Source of the DNA: Planctomycetota bacterium | GTDB lineage: Bacteria > Planctomycetota > JAJSAM01 > JAJVHW01 | Assembly: GCA_965248445.1 (NCBI GenBank) | Contig: CBDFJG010000004.1 | Span: forward strand, 224,001-288,000 | DNA: 64,000 nucleotides | Direction: 5' to 3' | Part shown: piece after piece, positions 9,569 through 18,971 of the stretch | Numbering within the stretch: position 1 is the first letter of the stretch | Layout of the letters: every line of letters begins with the position of its first letter | Translations under genes and position numbers: made by a program | Notes under the pieces: model-generated | What the model was told of the DNA's origin: nothing | Database searches by the model: none | Seen by the model: the letters and a program-made list of their open reading frames with translations, nothing else

Positions 9569-10618
9569 TCAGAAGTCCTCCTCGTCGTCTTCCGACGGCG
9601 TGTCGGGTCCTAGGTCATCGGGTCCGAACGGTTTGCGTTGCCAGCGCGGCTTCTCGAGGGCGAGGTTCTCGCTCTGCCACTGCCAGCGCCACCAGATCTC
9701 GTACGAGACGCTTCCGTTCGGACCGATCTTCCCGTGCTCCGGCAACTTCACGGATGTCGGCTGACCGGCCATCCACGCCTCGTAATCGGCGTTCGACACG
9801 ACGTACAGCCGGGCCGACATGGCGGAGTGCGTGGCGCCACACAACTCGGCGCAGACGATGTCCCAGTAGTCGAGCTGCACGTCGTTGCTGTCGCGGTCCT
9901 TGACGGTCTTTCGATCGGCGGACAGCTTGTTGGAGCGGAACCACACGTTCGCCGGCCACCCCGGAACCGCGTCCTGCTTGAAGCGCAGGTTCGGCAGGAA
10001 GAAGCTGTGAAGCACGTCCATCGACCGTTCCTCGGCGAGGACCGGCCGGTCGATCGGGATGATCAGTGCACCCGTCGTTACGAGGTCGTCGTTCGCGGAG
10101 AACTTCCCCTCGGCATCCGCGACGGCGTACTCGCCGTCGGGACCGGGGTAGCGGAAGTTCCACTCGAACTGCTTCGCGAAGATCTGCACGGGAACGGCTT
10201 CGCCGTCCATCTCGCCCGGCCGGGCCGACTTCATGTCGAGCCAGAGTTCGGCCTGGTACACCGCGAGCAGCACGAGGATCAGCGACGGGACGATGGTCCA
10301 CACGATCTCGACCGCGTGGTTGCCGTGCGTGTGCTTCGCCTTCTGCCCCGCCTTCGCGCGGTACTTGAAGAGGAAGTAGACGAGGACAGCCTGGACGAGC
10401 ACGAACGTGACGCCCGTGATCCACGTGATCAGGTACGTCAGCCTGTCGATCTCCTCGGCCTGCTCCGAGGCAGGCTCAGGGAGCCAGCCCAGGACGTCGC
10501 CCGAGCAGCCTGCGAGGAGCGCGACGCTCGCGAGCGCCCCGAGGGCGCGCAGGCAGTTCTGTCCGCGCTTGGTGGTGCTCAACTCGTCCGCCTCCCGCCC
10601 CGGCTCTGCCAGGCTCAT
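9569..10618 (-). CDS. ctaC: Cytochrome c oxidase subunit II (CuA), probably lipidated
   Basis: LLAGC lipobox, EIVWT, QFEWNFRY, DVLHSF, CAELCGATHSAM; start uncertain. Confidence 0.93.
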   Translation of the reverse strand: MSLAEPGREADELSTTKRGQNCLRALGALASVALLAGCSGDVLGWLPEPASEQAEEIDRLTYLITWITGVTFVLVQAVLVYFLFKYRAKAGQKAKHTHGNHAVEIVWTIVPSLILVLLAVYQAELWLDMKSARPGEMDGEAVPVQIFAKQFEWNFRYPGPDGEYAVADAEGKFSANDDLVTTGALIIPIDRPVLAEERSMDVLHSFFLPNLRFKQDAVPGWPANVWFRSNKLSADRKTVKDRDSNDVQLDYWDIVCAELCGATHSAMSARLYVVSNADYEAWMAGQPTSVKLPEHGKIGPNGSVSYEIWWRWQWQSENLALEKPRWQRKPFGPDDLGPDTPSEDDEEDF

Positions 10619-10760
10619 CCGTTCCACGACGAGGCGGGATGTTAGCCCAAGCGGGGGCGTCTTCAGGACCGGGAAACGGCCCGATCCGGTGGTTCCCGAC
10701 CGGAGTCGCGCCGGCCCCCCGAAAGCGGGCCCGGAAGCGGCTCCGGCCTGCATCCGCCGA

Positions 10761-11558
10761 CTACTGCGGCAGCGTCACGTCCGACGTCACGGCGTCGCCG
10801 GCGATCGTCACCTTGAAGCTCTTCTCACCGAACTTCTCGTGCCACGCCTTCATCTCGTACTCACCGTCCGGGAGGCCCGCGATCGAGTACGCGCCGCTGG
10901 CGTCGGTCGTGGCGAAGAACGGGTGCTCCGAAGCGAACGCCCAGGCGCTCATCCAGGAGTGCACGTCGCACGAGAAGGGGATGCGTCCCTCCCTCTTGTC
11001 CATCGTGATGGTGTCGGAGGCGCCGGCCTCCTGAGCCTCATTGAACGGCTCGTTGCGCTTCGCCTTGACGTGGACGTTGTGCGTCGTTGCGTCGCTGTTC
11101 ACGACGTCGAACGCCTGGCCGACCATCACGCCGAAGACGTGCGGCTTGTAATAGCACCCCTCCTGCACGAGCTTGAAGCCCGACGGAATCTCGTAGCCGG
11201 ACATCTCCTTGTGCGGGCCCTTGTGCGCCCAGACGAAGACGTTCGGGAGCGTCATGTCCTCGTTGACCCAGAACTTCTGGTCCCACGCATCCTTGTCGGC
11301 CCACGCACCGGCGCAGACTTCGTCGCTGCTGACGTTCAGCTTGACCTGCTCGGGACGCGTGCCGTCGAGCTTGACGGTGCCAGACACGCTGCCCTTCGCC
11401 GCCGCGGCGTCGTACGGAGTCTTGTCGCTGGACGCGCCGCCCGATCCGCCGCCGTTGTCGGCCGCATCACCGCCGCCCGACTTCTTGTCGTCGCCGCCGC
11501 AGGCCACCAGGCCGAGCATCACGAGCCCGGTTGCGAGTCCCATCACGATCGTTTTCAT
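10761..11558 (-). CDS. Lipoprotein with cupredoxin-like and carboxypeptidase-regulatory-like domains (copy 1)
   Basis: LVAC lipobox; THNVH...CDVHSWM; HPFFATTD..G. Confidence 0.8.
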   Translation of the reverse strand: MKTIVMGLATGLVMLGLVACGGDDKKSGGGDAADNGGGSGGASSDKTPYDAAAAKGSVSGTVKLDGTRPEQVKLNVSSDEVCAGAWADKDAWDQKFWVNEDMTLPNVFVWAHKGPHKEMSGYEIPSGFKLVQEGCYYKPHVFGVMVGQAFDVVNSDATTHNVHVKAKRNEPFNEAQEAGASDTITMDKREGRIPFSCDVHSWMSAWAFASEHPFFATTDASGAYSIAGLPDGEYEMKAWHEKFGEKSFKVTIAGDAVTSDVTLPQ

Positions 11559-11757
11559 CTCGAGAGTCCTCCTCCGTCCGTCCCGCGCGGGCCCGGACGA
11601 TCCGATGTATTGCATGCCCCGTCGCTGCCGCGTGCGGACACTTGGACCCGTGCGGCAGGGGTAAGCCGACGATGTTCCGGCGACACCGCGGCATCTCCAA
11701 GAACTCGGGGGGGCCGGCCCGCCGTCCCGGTTCCCAGCCGCCTCCGAGCGACCCGGA

Positions 11758-12552
11758 TCACTCCGCCGCCAGGCTCGGTTCCAGGGTCACGGACGCCCCC
11801 TGCGTCACGGTGGCGCGCACCTCCGTCCGGCCGAAGTGTGGGTGGTCGACCCGGAACACGTAGTCCCCCGCCGGCAGGCCCTCGACCGAGAACGCCCCGG
11901 CGGCGTCCGTTGTGGCGAAGAACGGGTGCTCGACGACGTAGCAGTGGGCCTGCATCCACGAGTGCGTGTCGCAGACGAAGTCGACCCGTTCGCGCTTCGT
12001 CAGCGAGATCGCATCCCGCGTCCCCGGCGGCTGCGCGAGATTGAAGGGCTTGTTGCGTTTCGGCTCCGCGTGGACGTTGTGGGTCGTATTGTCGCCGTTC
12101 ACGACCCAGAGACCCTGGCCAAGCAGGATGCCCGACACGTACGGGTGGTACATGCCTCCGGTCTGCACGATCTCCGCAGCGTCAGGGACTGGAAACCCGG
12201 TGAACGTCTCGTGTGGCCCCTCGTGCGCGTACACGAACGCGTGCGGCAGCGTGCCGTCCGCGTTCACGACGAACTTCGGATTGAAGACGGGGTCGGGTGC
12301 GAACGCGGCGACGCACACGTCGTCGACGCCGCCCTTGAACTGTTCCTGCGCCGGAAGCGCCCCGGTCAGTCGTACCGTGCCCACGACCTGGCCGGTGTGC
12401 GCGCCGGACTCGTAGACCGTCTTCTCCACGACACCGGGGACGCCGGGCCCTGGCGGTGGACTGCCTGTCGGCGGCGCGTCTTCGCACGCGTCGCAGCCGG
12501 CCAGCGAAGCGATCGCTGCGATGGTGAACAGAGTCCTGCGGATCGACGTCAT
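11758..12552 (-). CDS. Paralogous cupredoxin-like lipoprotein (copy 2)
   Basis: SLAGC lipobox; THNVH...CDTHSWM; HPFFATTD. Confidence 0.78.
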   Translation of the reverse strand: MTSIRRTLFTIAAIASLAGCDACEDAPPTGSPPPGPGVPGVVEKTVYESGAHTGQVVGTVRLTGALPAQEQFKGGVDDVCVAAFAPDPVFNPKFVVNADGTLPHAFVYAHEGPHETFTGFPVPDAAEIVQTGGMYHPYVSGILLGQGLWVVNGDNTTHNVHAEPKRNKPFNLAQPPGTRDAISLTKRERVDFVCDTHSWMQAHCYVVEHPFFATTDAAGAFSVEGLPAGDYVFRVDHPHFGRTEVRATVTQGASVTLEPSLAAE

Positions 12553-12705
12553 CCTAAGAGCCCTCCGGAAGTAGACGGACGTCACACGCCCCACGATTCG
12601 CAACGCGCGCCCCACGCAACACCATCCCGGAATCGAACCCCCTGGTCCGTGCACGGGCGGGGGTGGAACCCCCGCCCGCACGGAAGGCATGCGAGGGACC
12701 TGAGG

Positions 12706-13554
12706 TCAGCGCGCGAGGCTCAAACCGATTGCCGCTGTCTCCCCGGACACCACTTCGACCTCCGCCTGTCCCTCCCCGAACCCCGGGTGCCAGGCGTGGA
12801 TCGTGTAGTAATCTGGAGGGAGCCCGCCGATCTCGAAGCGGCCGGCCGCGTCGGTGGTGGCGAAGAACGGGTGGTCCAGCACCCAGCAGTAGGCGCTCAT
12901 CCAGCTGTAGCAATCGCACGTGATGCGAACCCTCGCGCTCTTCGTGAACACGATCGTGTCCGAGGCGCCCGGCGCCTGGGTCTTCGCGATCCTCGGGTTG
13001 CGCCGCGAGGTCACGTTCAGGCAGTGCGTCTCGTCATCGAGGTTCCGCACGACCAGCGGCTGGCCGCGTAGCAGTCCGAAGACGTAGGGCCGGTACATGT
13101 AGAGGTGCGCGTCGAGATGCACCGGCGGACTCCGGGCGCCGTCAGTGATCCGAGCGACGGCGCGGACAAGGGGCGCCGCACGGATCCACACGAACGCGTT
13201 GGGCAGCGTACCGTCCGGGTTGATCGTGAACTTCGGATCGAACACCGGCGAGTCGACCGTCGCGGCTGCGGCCGTGGACGACGCGCTCATGTTGATGCGA
13301 ACCGGCGGGACGGGTGTGCCGGCGAACACCGCGACCCCCGTGATCCGCCCGGGCGGCTGCTCGAGAGCCGCCCGCTGCTCGGCGGACAGTTCCACGGAGT
13401 CGAGCGTTACGTCGAGGTCCGGTCGCAGCGGCGGGCCGGAGTCGAGCGGCAGCGACAGACACCCGCGGACCAGGAACAGCCCGAACACCGCCGCGAGGAG
13501 CGCGCCGCCGGCCACCACGACGACGGTCGCGAGCGCGGATCGGGTTCGGGCCAT
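12706..13554 (-). CDS. Paralogous cupredoxin-like membrane-anchored protein (copy 3, altered ligands)
   Basis: N-terminal TM; THCLNV...CDCYSWM; HPFFATTD. Confidence 0.75.
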   Translation of the reverse strand: MARTRSALATVVVVAGGALLAAVFGLFLVRGCLSLPLDSGPPLRPDLDVTLDSVELSAEQRAALEQPPGRITGVAVFAGTPVPPVRINMSASSTAAAATVDSPVFDPKFTINPDGTLPNAFVWIRAAPLVRAVARITDGARSPPVHLDAHLYMYRPYVFGLLRGQPLVVRNLDDETHCLNVTSRRNPRIAKTQAPGASDTIVFTKSARVRITCDCYSWMSAYCWVLDHPFFATTDAAGRFEIGGLPPDYYTIHAWHPGFGEGQAEVEVVSGETAAIGLSLAR

Positions 13555-13623
13555 TGCGGACCTCCCGGAGAGAGGCTACTTGCCTCCCCTGGAACGCACG
13601 GCGGAGCCGTTCGCGTCCCTCGG

Positions 13624-14412
13624 TTATCGGGCTTCGATCGTGGCAGCGGCCGCAGTGGCCTGACGGCGGATGTCCTCGGGCCAGCCGGAGCGCGGGTCGG
13701 CCAGGGACAGGAGTGTGGCCACGTCCTCGGGCTGTCCCACGAGCGCGAGCGCGACGATCGCGTTGCGCACGTGGCCGGCTGCGGGCGCCACCACCAGCAG
13801 CACGTCGCCCGCCGCGACGGTGGCACCCTCCTCGACGACGGCGTCGAGCACCCGCCCCGGCAGCGCGGCCCGCACCTCCGCGCTCCGTCCGTCGCCGAGG
13901 TCGATCCGCACAGCGAGCATCCCCTGCTTGACCGGGTCATCTGCGGCAAGCGTGGTTGTCACCGTGCCGGCCGCGGGCGCGAGGACCCCGTGGTTCCCGA
14001 GCATCTCGCGGAGAACCTGCAATCCCGTGTCGTCACCGAACCGGGAGAGAGATGTCGCCGCGTTGCGTCGGGCGATCGGAGAGCTGTCCTCGGTGACCAT
14101 CTCGCGTAGACGCGCGGCGAACTCCGGCCGCGCCGTGTCGTGCTGCATCGCCCACGCCGCCGCCTCGCGCACCGACGCCTCGGAGCGCGACGACGCCCGC
14201 ACGAGTTCGTCCACCCAGCGCTGCATTCCCGGGCGGCCCTCGTCGAGGCGCATCGCGATCTCGCTGATGCCGTGCTGGACATGGCGCGGCTTCGCGTCGG
14301 GGGAGAGCCGCTCGACGAGTGCGTCGTCGTCGAGCCGCTTGCCGAACCACGTGCCCCACCAGAACAGACCGGGGACGAGAATCAGCAGCGCCGCGATCGC
14401 GGCGAGGATCAC
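13624..14412 (-). CDS. Membrane-anchored HEAT-repeat protein with biotinyl/lipoyl-like domain
   Basis: N-terminal TM; VREAAAWAM and RRNAATSL HEAT-like repeats; APAAGTV...VRAALPGRV..VEEGATVAAGDVL; start uncertain. Confidence 0.7.
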   Translation of the reverse strand: MILAAIAALLILVPGLFWWGTWFGKRLDDDALVERLSPDAKPRHVQHGISEIAMRLDEGRPGMQRWVDELVRASSRSEASVREAAAWAMQHDTARPEFAARLREMVTEDSSPIARRNAATSLSRFGDDTGLQVLREMLGNHGVLAPAAGTVTTTLAADDPVKQGMLAVRIDLGDGRSAEVRAALPGRVLDAVVEEGATVAAGDVLLVVAPAAGHVRNAIVALALVGQPEDVATLLSLADPRSGWPEDIRRQATAAAATIEAR

Positions 14413-14476
14413 GAACGGGCGCTTGAACGCGCCGCGTTCGCCGCGACGCCTGCGCGCGGGCCCCGCGAGAGCCCCG

Positions 14477-17400
14477 TCAGTCGTCGAGAGACCTCAGATA
14501 GCGGACGATGAGGTCGACGTGGTCGCCCTCGTACGCCTTGGCCGATGGCAGAGACTGGTCCTGGAACACCCATCTGCCGAGTTCGTGCGACTTGCCGCAG
14601 CTCGGGCAGAGACGTGGATGGTCGGACAGCTGATCCGGATTGATCAGCGCCTGGCACCCTGGGCATTCCTTCCGGAAGAGTGCCGGCATCGCCGTACCCG
14701 GCTCGAGAAGACTGGGATTCTGTATCCAGCGCGCGACCCACTCGGGACGCAATCGCGCGGCCGTGTAGCTGAGGTTCGGCGCCTTCGTCTCGTCGTTGAG
14801 GGGCTGTCCCGTCACCACGTGGCACTGCACGCAGTTCGCGGACGCGAAGATCGCCTCGGCGGCCTGCCGCTCGGTCGGCGAGAGCGTCCACAGTTTCGGT
14901 GCCTGGTAGATGTCGGGCTGCTTCGCCATCGCGTCGAAGAAGCGCACCAGTGCACGTGCCTCGCGCGCCGTGAACTCGAACGTCGGCATGCGCACCGTCA
15001 GGTGCGGCCGCACGGACTTCGGGTTCGCCGTTCCACCGCCCAGCGACGGGTCGCGCAGGAAGTCGGTCAGCCATGTCGGGCGCGTGCGGAAACCGGTGCC
15101 GACGAGGTACGGCGGCCGGTCACCCTCGTTCTCCTGCCCAGCCACGAAGTGCGGGAGCTTCTGGATCGCCGGCACCATGCCCGGACGGATCTGGTGGCAG
15201 CCCTCGCAGTTGTACTTCCGCACCAGCCACCAGCCCTCGCGGACGGCCTGGCCGGTCTCGGTCGGCTGGTACTTGATCGTGGACGGGAGGAACTTGTCCT
15301 CCACGCTGCCCATCAGCAGCGAGACGATGTCGTAGATCTCCTGCCCGGACAGGTTGAACTTCGGCATGCGCAGGCGCGACCAGCGATCCACGTTCTTCGA
15401 CGTGTCGTAGATCTCCGGCTTCGCCAGCTTGTGCATCGCGAACCCGCGGTGGTTGTACCAACTGCCGTGCGGATAGAAGTCGCGGTTGTCGTCGAAGATC
15501 TTGAGGTCGTCCTTCGGCGCCGTCCACCCGAGCAGCGGCTCGTTCTCGTCGTGGTGCTCGGACCCGCGCTTCGCCGCAACGGTGTAGTGGCCGAAGTCGA
15601 GGCGCTCCATGGGCTTGCTGCCCCAGCCGTTCATCGACGTGCCGATGCGGCCCTCGTTCTCGAGCCCGCCAATCTCGTGGCAGCCCGCGCAACCGTGGTG
15701 TGCCACCAGGCGCTTGCCGCGATCGAAACGATCCGTCTCTTCGAGCCAGGGCGCCGCCGCCGGGAAGTCGACACCGGTCGCACCGCCCTGCGACAGCAGG
15801 TACGTGGCGATGTCCGTGGCCTCCTTCCGATTGAGGCGGAGGCTCGGCATGACCACCGTGTTGTCCCACTGCAGGTCGAAGCCGCAGTTGGGGCAGGCGG
15901 TGTGCTCACGGCCGAAGACGAGGCCCTCGCCGTGCTTCTCGAAGTCCGCCGGAGTCAGGTCCCGCTTGCACTCCGCGCAATACGGTGCCAGGCGATGGCG
16001 CGGGTTCGTGACCCAGTGCACCACGTGCTCGAGGTTCGACTTCTCGCCGAGGTTCGTGAGGTTCGCGGCGAACGTGTTCCCCATCCACGAGCCGTCCGCC
16101 TGGTCGCCGATCGAGTGACACGCGAGGCAGCCGACCGAATTGAAGAGCTCTTCGCCTGCGGTCGGGTCGCCGGGTGAGACCGGCTCCATCCCGTACACCG
16201 TGAGATCGGCGGCGACGTTCGTGGACGACTGCCACAGGAACGCGGCCACGTCTTTCGCCTCGTCGTCGCCATACCAGCGGAACGCCGGCATCTTGGTCGA
16301 GGGGCGCCAGTTCCTCGGGTCCTGGATCCACTGCGTGAGCCACTCGGGCTTCACCTTGGCGCGCAGGTCCTTCAGGTTCGGGCCGACCTTCTTGCGCTCC
16401 TTGACGACGTCGTACAGCTCGCGACCGAGGTTCGTCCGTTCGGTCTGCAGGCCCGCGATCTGCATGCGCAGCGCGTTCCCCTGCAGTGCCACGTCGCCCG
16501 CCAGCCGGTTCGCGACGTCTTCGTCCTCGTCGAACACGGGGTCGACCACTGCCTTCAGGTTTCGTGCCCGCTGCTCGAGCGCCTCCATCTCGAGGTCGAT
16601 GTCCGTGATCCGCATGGCGACCCCGCGCGAACGCTCCGGCTCGACGTCGTAGCCCTTCAGTTCGTGACAGCCCCAGCAGCCGTAGTGGCGGAAGTTCTCC
16701 TTCGCCTGGCTGATGCGCTCGCCGCCTTCGAGGTGGATGTCGCCGAGGTGGCACTGGTTGCAACCCGCCTCGAAGTTGGTCGGCGGGTGCATGCGCTTGA
16801 GCCAGTAGTGGTTCAGCCCGTGCGCGTTCTCGGCAGCGGAGTTCTTGTTGCCGTAGGTGATCGCGACGCCGTTGCCGCCGTGACACATGGAGCAGCCGAA
16901 CTCCTCGGGGTCGTGTGTCCCGAACAGCTCCGCCTGCCGCGGGTGGCTCTCGTAGAGTTTCATCTCGTCGCCGCCGAGAGCGGCGGCGTTGATCGGCATC
17001 GGACTGCGTGCGTTCAGATGGCACGTCTCGCAGCGGTCGACCCAGTTCTTCGTGTCCTGGATGTGAAGCTGCTTGATCGTCCCGATGGAGAAGTCCTCGA
17101 TCGAGCTCTTGAGGCCGATGACCTGGTCGGGCTTGAGACCCGTCACGTATCGCTCCAGATACCTCTCGGCGCCGACCTCGATGACCTTGTCCGCGATCTC
17201 CTTGCGCATGTCGTCGTCGTCGACGTTGTCGAGCAGGAGCGCGATGTTGCCCATGTTCGTGTCGAGCCAGCGGTTCCGGGCCGCCTCGGCCGCCGAAAGA
17301 GCGCGCGAAGCGGCGCCGAGGTCGCCCTGGCGTGCGGACTTGTTGAGCTGCAGCTCGTCTGCGCGGGCGATCAGTTCACGCACAGTCGAGGTCTGCGACT

Positions 17401-17944
17401 TCTCCTCGTCGCCGACGGTCCACGAGTAGGTGACCTCGCGGGCTTGCACCTTCTTGATCTTCTCGAGGTAGCCCTGCGCGCCCTCGGTGTCGACGACGTC
17501 GAGCTTGCCCGCGACGTCCGCGGCGTGCTCGGCCTTGTAGGAAGTCGCCGCGATCTCGCTGCGGGGGCTCTTGATCGCCTCTCGGATCGACGTGAGCTCG
17601 GAGGAGATGCCGTTGATCTCGCTCTGCAGGGCATCGCGGCGGTCCTTGCTCGCCTCGGCAGCCGACTGGGCCGCTGTGACAAGCGCTTGGTAGTCGTCGA
17701 GCCCCGAGATCTGCTGCTGCACGAACTGGCGGTCGCCCTGCACGCCGTCCAGGTACCCGACCATCGCGTCCTGCCACGTGCGCTGGTATCCGAAGTACGG
17801 ACGCCGCGTGATGAACTCGTCGTAGACGACCAGGACCGACGAGATGACCACGGCCAGCGCCGCGATCACGATCGGCACCGACAAGGACCGCTCGTAGAGC
17901 GGGTCTTTCGGGATGTCGGGGGTGGTGGGCTTGTCGTCGCTCAT
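14477..17944 (-). CDS. Large membrane-anchored octaheme c-type cytochrome of the Rieske/cytochrome b complex
   Basis: Eight CxxCH (CETCH, CSMCH, CNQCH, CWGCH, CLACH, CAGCH, CEGCH, CVQCH), N-terminal TM, coiled-coil segments, two extra CxxC..CxxC pairs. Confidence 0.9.
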   Translation of the reverse strand: MSDDKPTTPDIPKDPLYERSLSVPIVIAALAVVISSVLVVYDEFITRRPYFGYQRTWQDAMVGYLDGVQGDRQFVQQQISGLDDYQALVTAAQSAAEASKDRRDALQSEINGISSELTSIREAIKSPRSEIAATSYKAEHAADVAGKLDVVDTEGAQGYLEKIKKVQAREVTYSWTVGDEEKSQTSTVRELIARADELQLNKSARQGDLGAASRALSAAEAARNRWLDTNMGNIALLLDNVDDDDMRKEIADKVIEVGAERYLERYVTGLKPDQVIGLKSSIEDFSIGTIKQLHIQDTKNWVDRCETCHLNARSPMPINAAALGGDEMKLYESHPRQAELFGTHDPEEFGCSMCHGGNGVAITYGNKNSAAENAHGLNHYWLKRMHPPTNFEAGCNQCHLGDIHLEGGERISQAKENFRHYGCWGCHELKGYDVEPERSRGVAMRITDIDLEMEALEQRARNLKAVVDPVFDEDEDVANRLAGDVALQGNALRMQIAGLQTERTNLGRELYDVVKERKKVGPNLKDLRAKVKPEWLTQWIQDPRNWRPSTKMPAFRWYGDDEAKDVAAFLWQSSTNVAADLTVYGMEPVSPGDPTAGEELFNSVGCLACHSIGDQADGSWMGNTFAANLTNLGEKSNLEHVVHWVTNPRHRLAPYCAECKRDLTPADFEKHGEGLVFGREHTACPNCGFDLQWDNTVVMPSLRLNRKEATDIATYLLSQGGATGVDFPAAAPWLEETDRFDRGKRLVAHHGCAGCHEIGGLENEGRIGTSMNGWGSKPMERLDFGHYTVAAKRGSEHHDENEPLLGWTAPKDDLKIFDDNRDFYPHGSWYNHRGFAMHKLAKPEIYDTSKNVDRWSRLRMPKFNLSGQEIYDIVSLLMGSVEDKFLPSTIKYQPTETGQAVREGWWLVRKYNCEGCHQIRPGMVPAIQKLPHFVAGQENEGDRPPYLVGTGFRTRPTWLTDFLRDPSLGGGTANPKSVRPHLTVRMPTFEFTAREARALVRFFDAMAKQPDIYQAPKLWTLSPTERQAAEAIFASANCVQCHVVTGQPLNDETKAPNLSYTAARLRPEWVARWIQNPSLLEPGTAMPALFRKECPGCQALINPDQLSDHPRLCPSCGKSHELGRWVFQDQSLPSAKAYEGDHVDLIVRYLRSLDD

Positions 17945-18026
17945 CTCCGCCTTTCGAACGCGTCCCACACGGACGCGCCGCACAGTGAAGGGAAGCACGC
18001 GGGAGTTGGTCTCCCGCGCGCCGACG

Positions 18027-18971
18027 TCACACGTTGAACCAGGGCGTCACCCAGACGTACTTGATGGTGAACAAGAGCTTCAGCGCCATCTTCACGGGCA
18101 CCGCGATCATGATCACGAGGAAGCCGACGAGGTGCATGTACTGGATGATGTTCATCTTGCGGAACAGCTCGGGCTTGTACTTGCGGATCGCGAAGTCCAC
18201 GGCACCGCCGGTCGCCGCCAGGAACCCGAGAGTCATGACGCCACCGAACACTCCGATCATCATCGGATCCGTCAGGCCGAAGATCTCGTGCAGGTGCACG
18301 TTGACCTCGTGCACGACGCGGTGGCTGTCCCACGTCTGACCCGGCCAGAACCACATCCAGCCCGGGCCGCGGATGAACGTCCCGATGAACGCGAGCAGGA
18401 GCCACAGCACGAGGTAGCCGAACATGAAGCCGCCGATGGCGAACTTGCGCTGCTTCCACGTGTAGTACCCGTTGCCGAGCGGACTCGGGTCCATGTACGG
18501 GATCGCCATCAGTCCGACCACGATCACATTGGGCAGAATCACACCCGCGATCCACGGGTCGAAGTAGACGAGCAGTTCCTGCAGCCCGAGGAAGTACCAC
18601 GGCGCCTTCGCCGGGTTCATCGTGAGCGTCGGGTTGGCCGGTTCCTCGAGCGGCGCGTCGAAGTAGATGGCCCACAGGATGAGGAACGCCGTGACGATCA
18701 GGCAGGCCAGGAACTCGATGCGCAGCAGGTACGGCCACGCGTGCACCGTCTTGTCCCACGCGGCGTGGTACGGCTGGTGCTTCCTGTGGTGGGTCTTGGC
18801 GAGCGCGGGGTCCGCCTCGAGCTGCGTGATCAGGCGGTCGTTGCGGACCGCCTCGCGGAAGCCGTACCACAGGTACCAGGGTGTGATGATCGCCAGCAGG
18901 ACGATCGGGATGTTGTCCGGCAGGACCGTGATGTCCACCAGCTGCTGCCAATCGATCGCGAACAGGTGCAT
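18027..18971 (-). CDS. Cytochrome b C-terminal / subunit IV-like protein
   Basis: APLEEPANP...PAKAPWYFLGLQELL; multiple TM; directly follows cytochrome b. Confidence 0.85.
   Translation of the reverse strand: MHLFAIDWQQLVDITVLPDNIPIVLLAIITPWYLWYGFREAVRNDRLITQLEADPALAKTHHRKHQPYHAAWDKTVHAWPYLLRIEFLACLIVTAFLILWAIYFDAPLEEPANPTLTMNPAKAPWYFLGLQELLVYFDPWIAGVILPNVIVVGLMAIPYMDPSPLGNGYYTWKQRKFAIGGFMFGYLVLWLLLAFIGTFIRGPGWMWFWPGQTWDSHRVVHEVNVHLHEIFGLTDPMMIGVFGGVMTLGFLAATGGAVDFAIRKYKPELFRKMNIIQYMHLVGFLVIMIAVPVKMALKLLFTIKYVWVTPWFNV

Noticed and set aside
13670..16177. Long plus-strand ORFs (e.g. 835 aa here, 938 aa at 54516, 545 aa at 10407)
   Set aside because: Antisense shadows of real genes in high-GC DNA. 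Only the 3' part of the 54516 ORF (from 56280) looks real.
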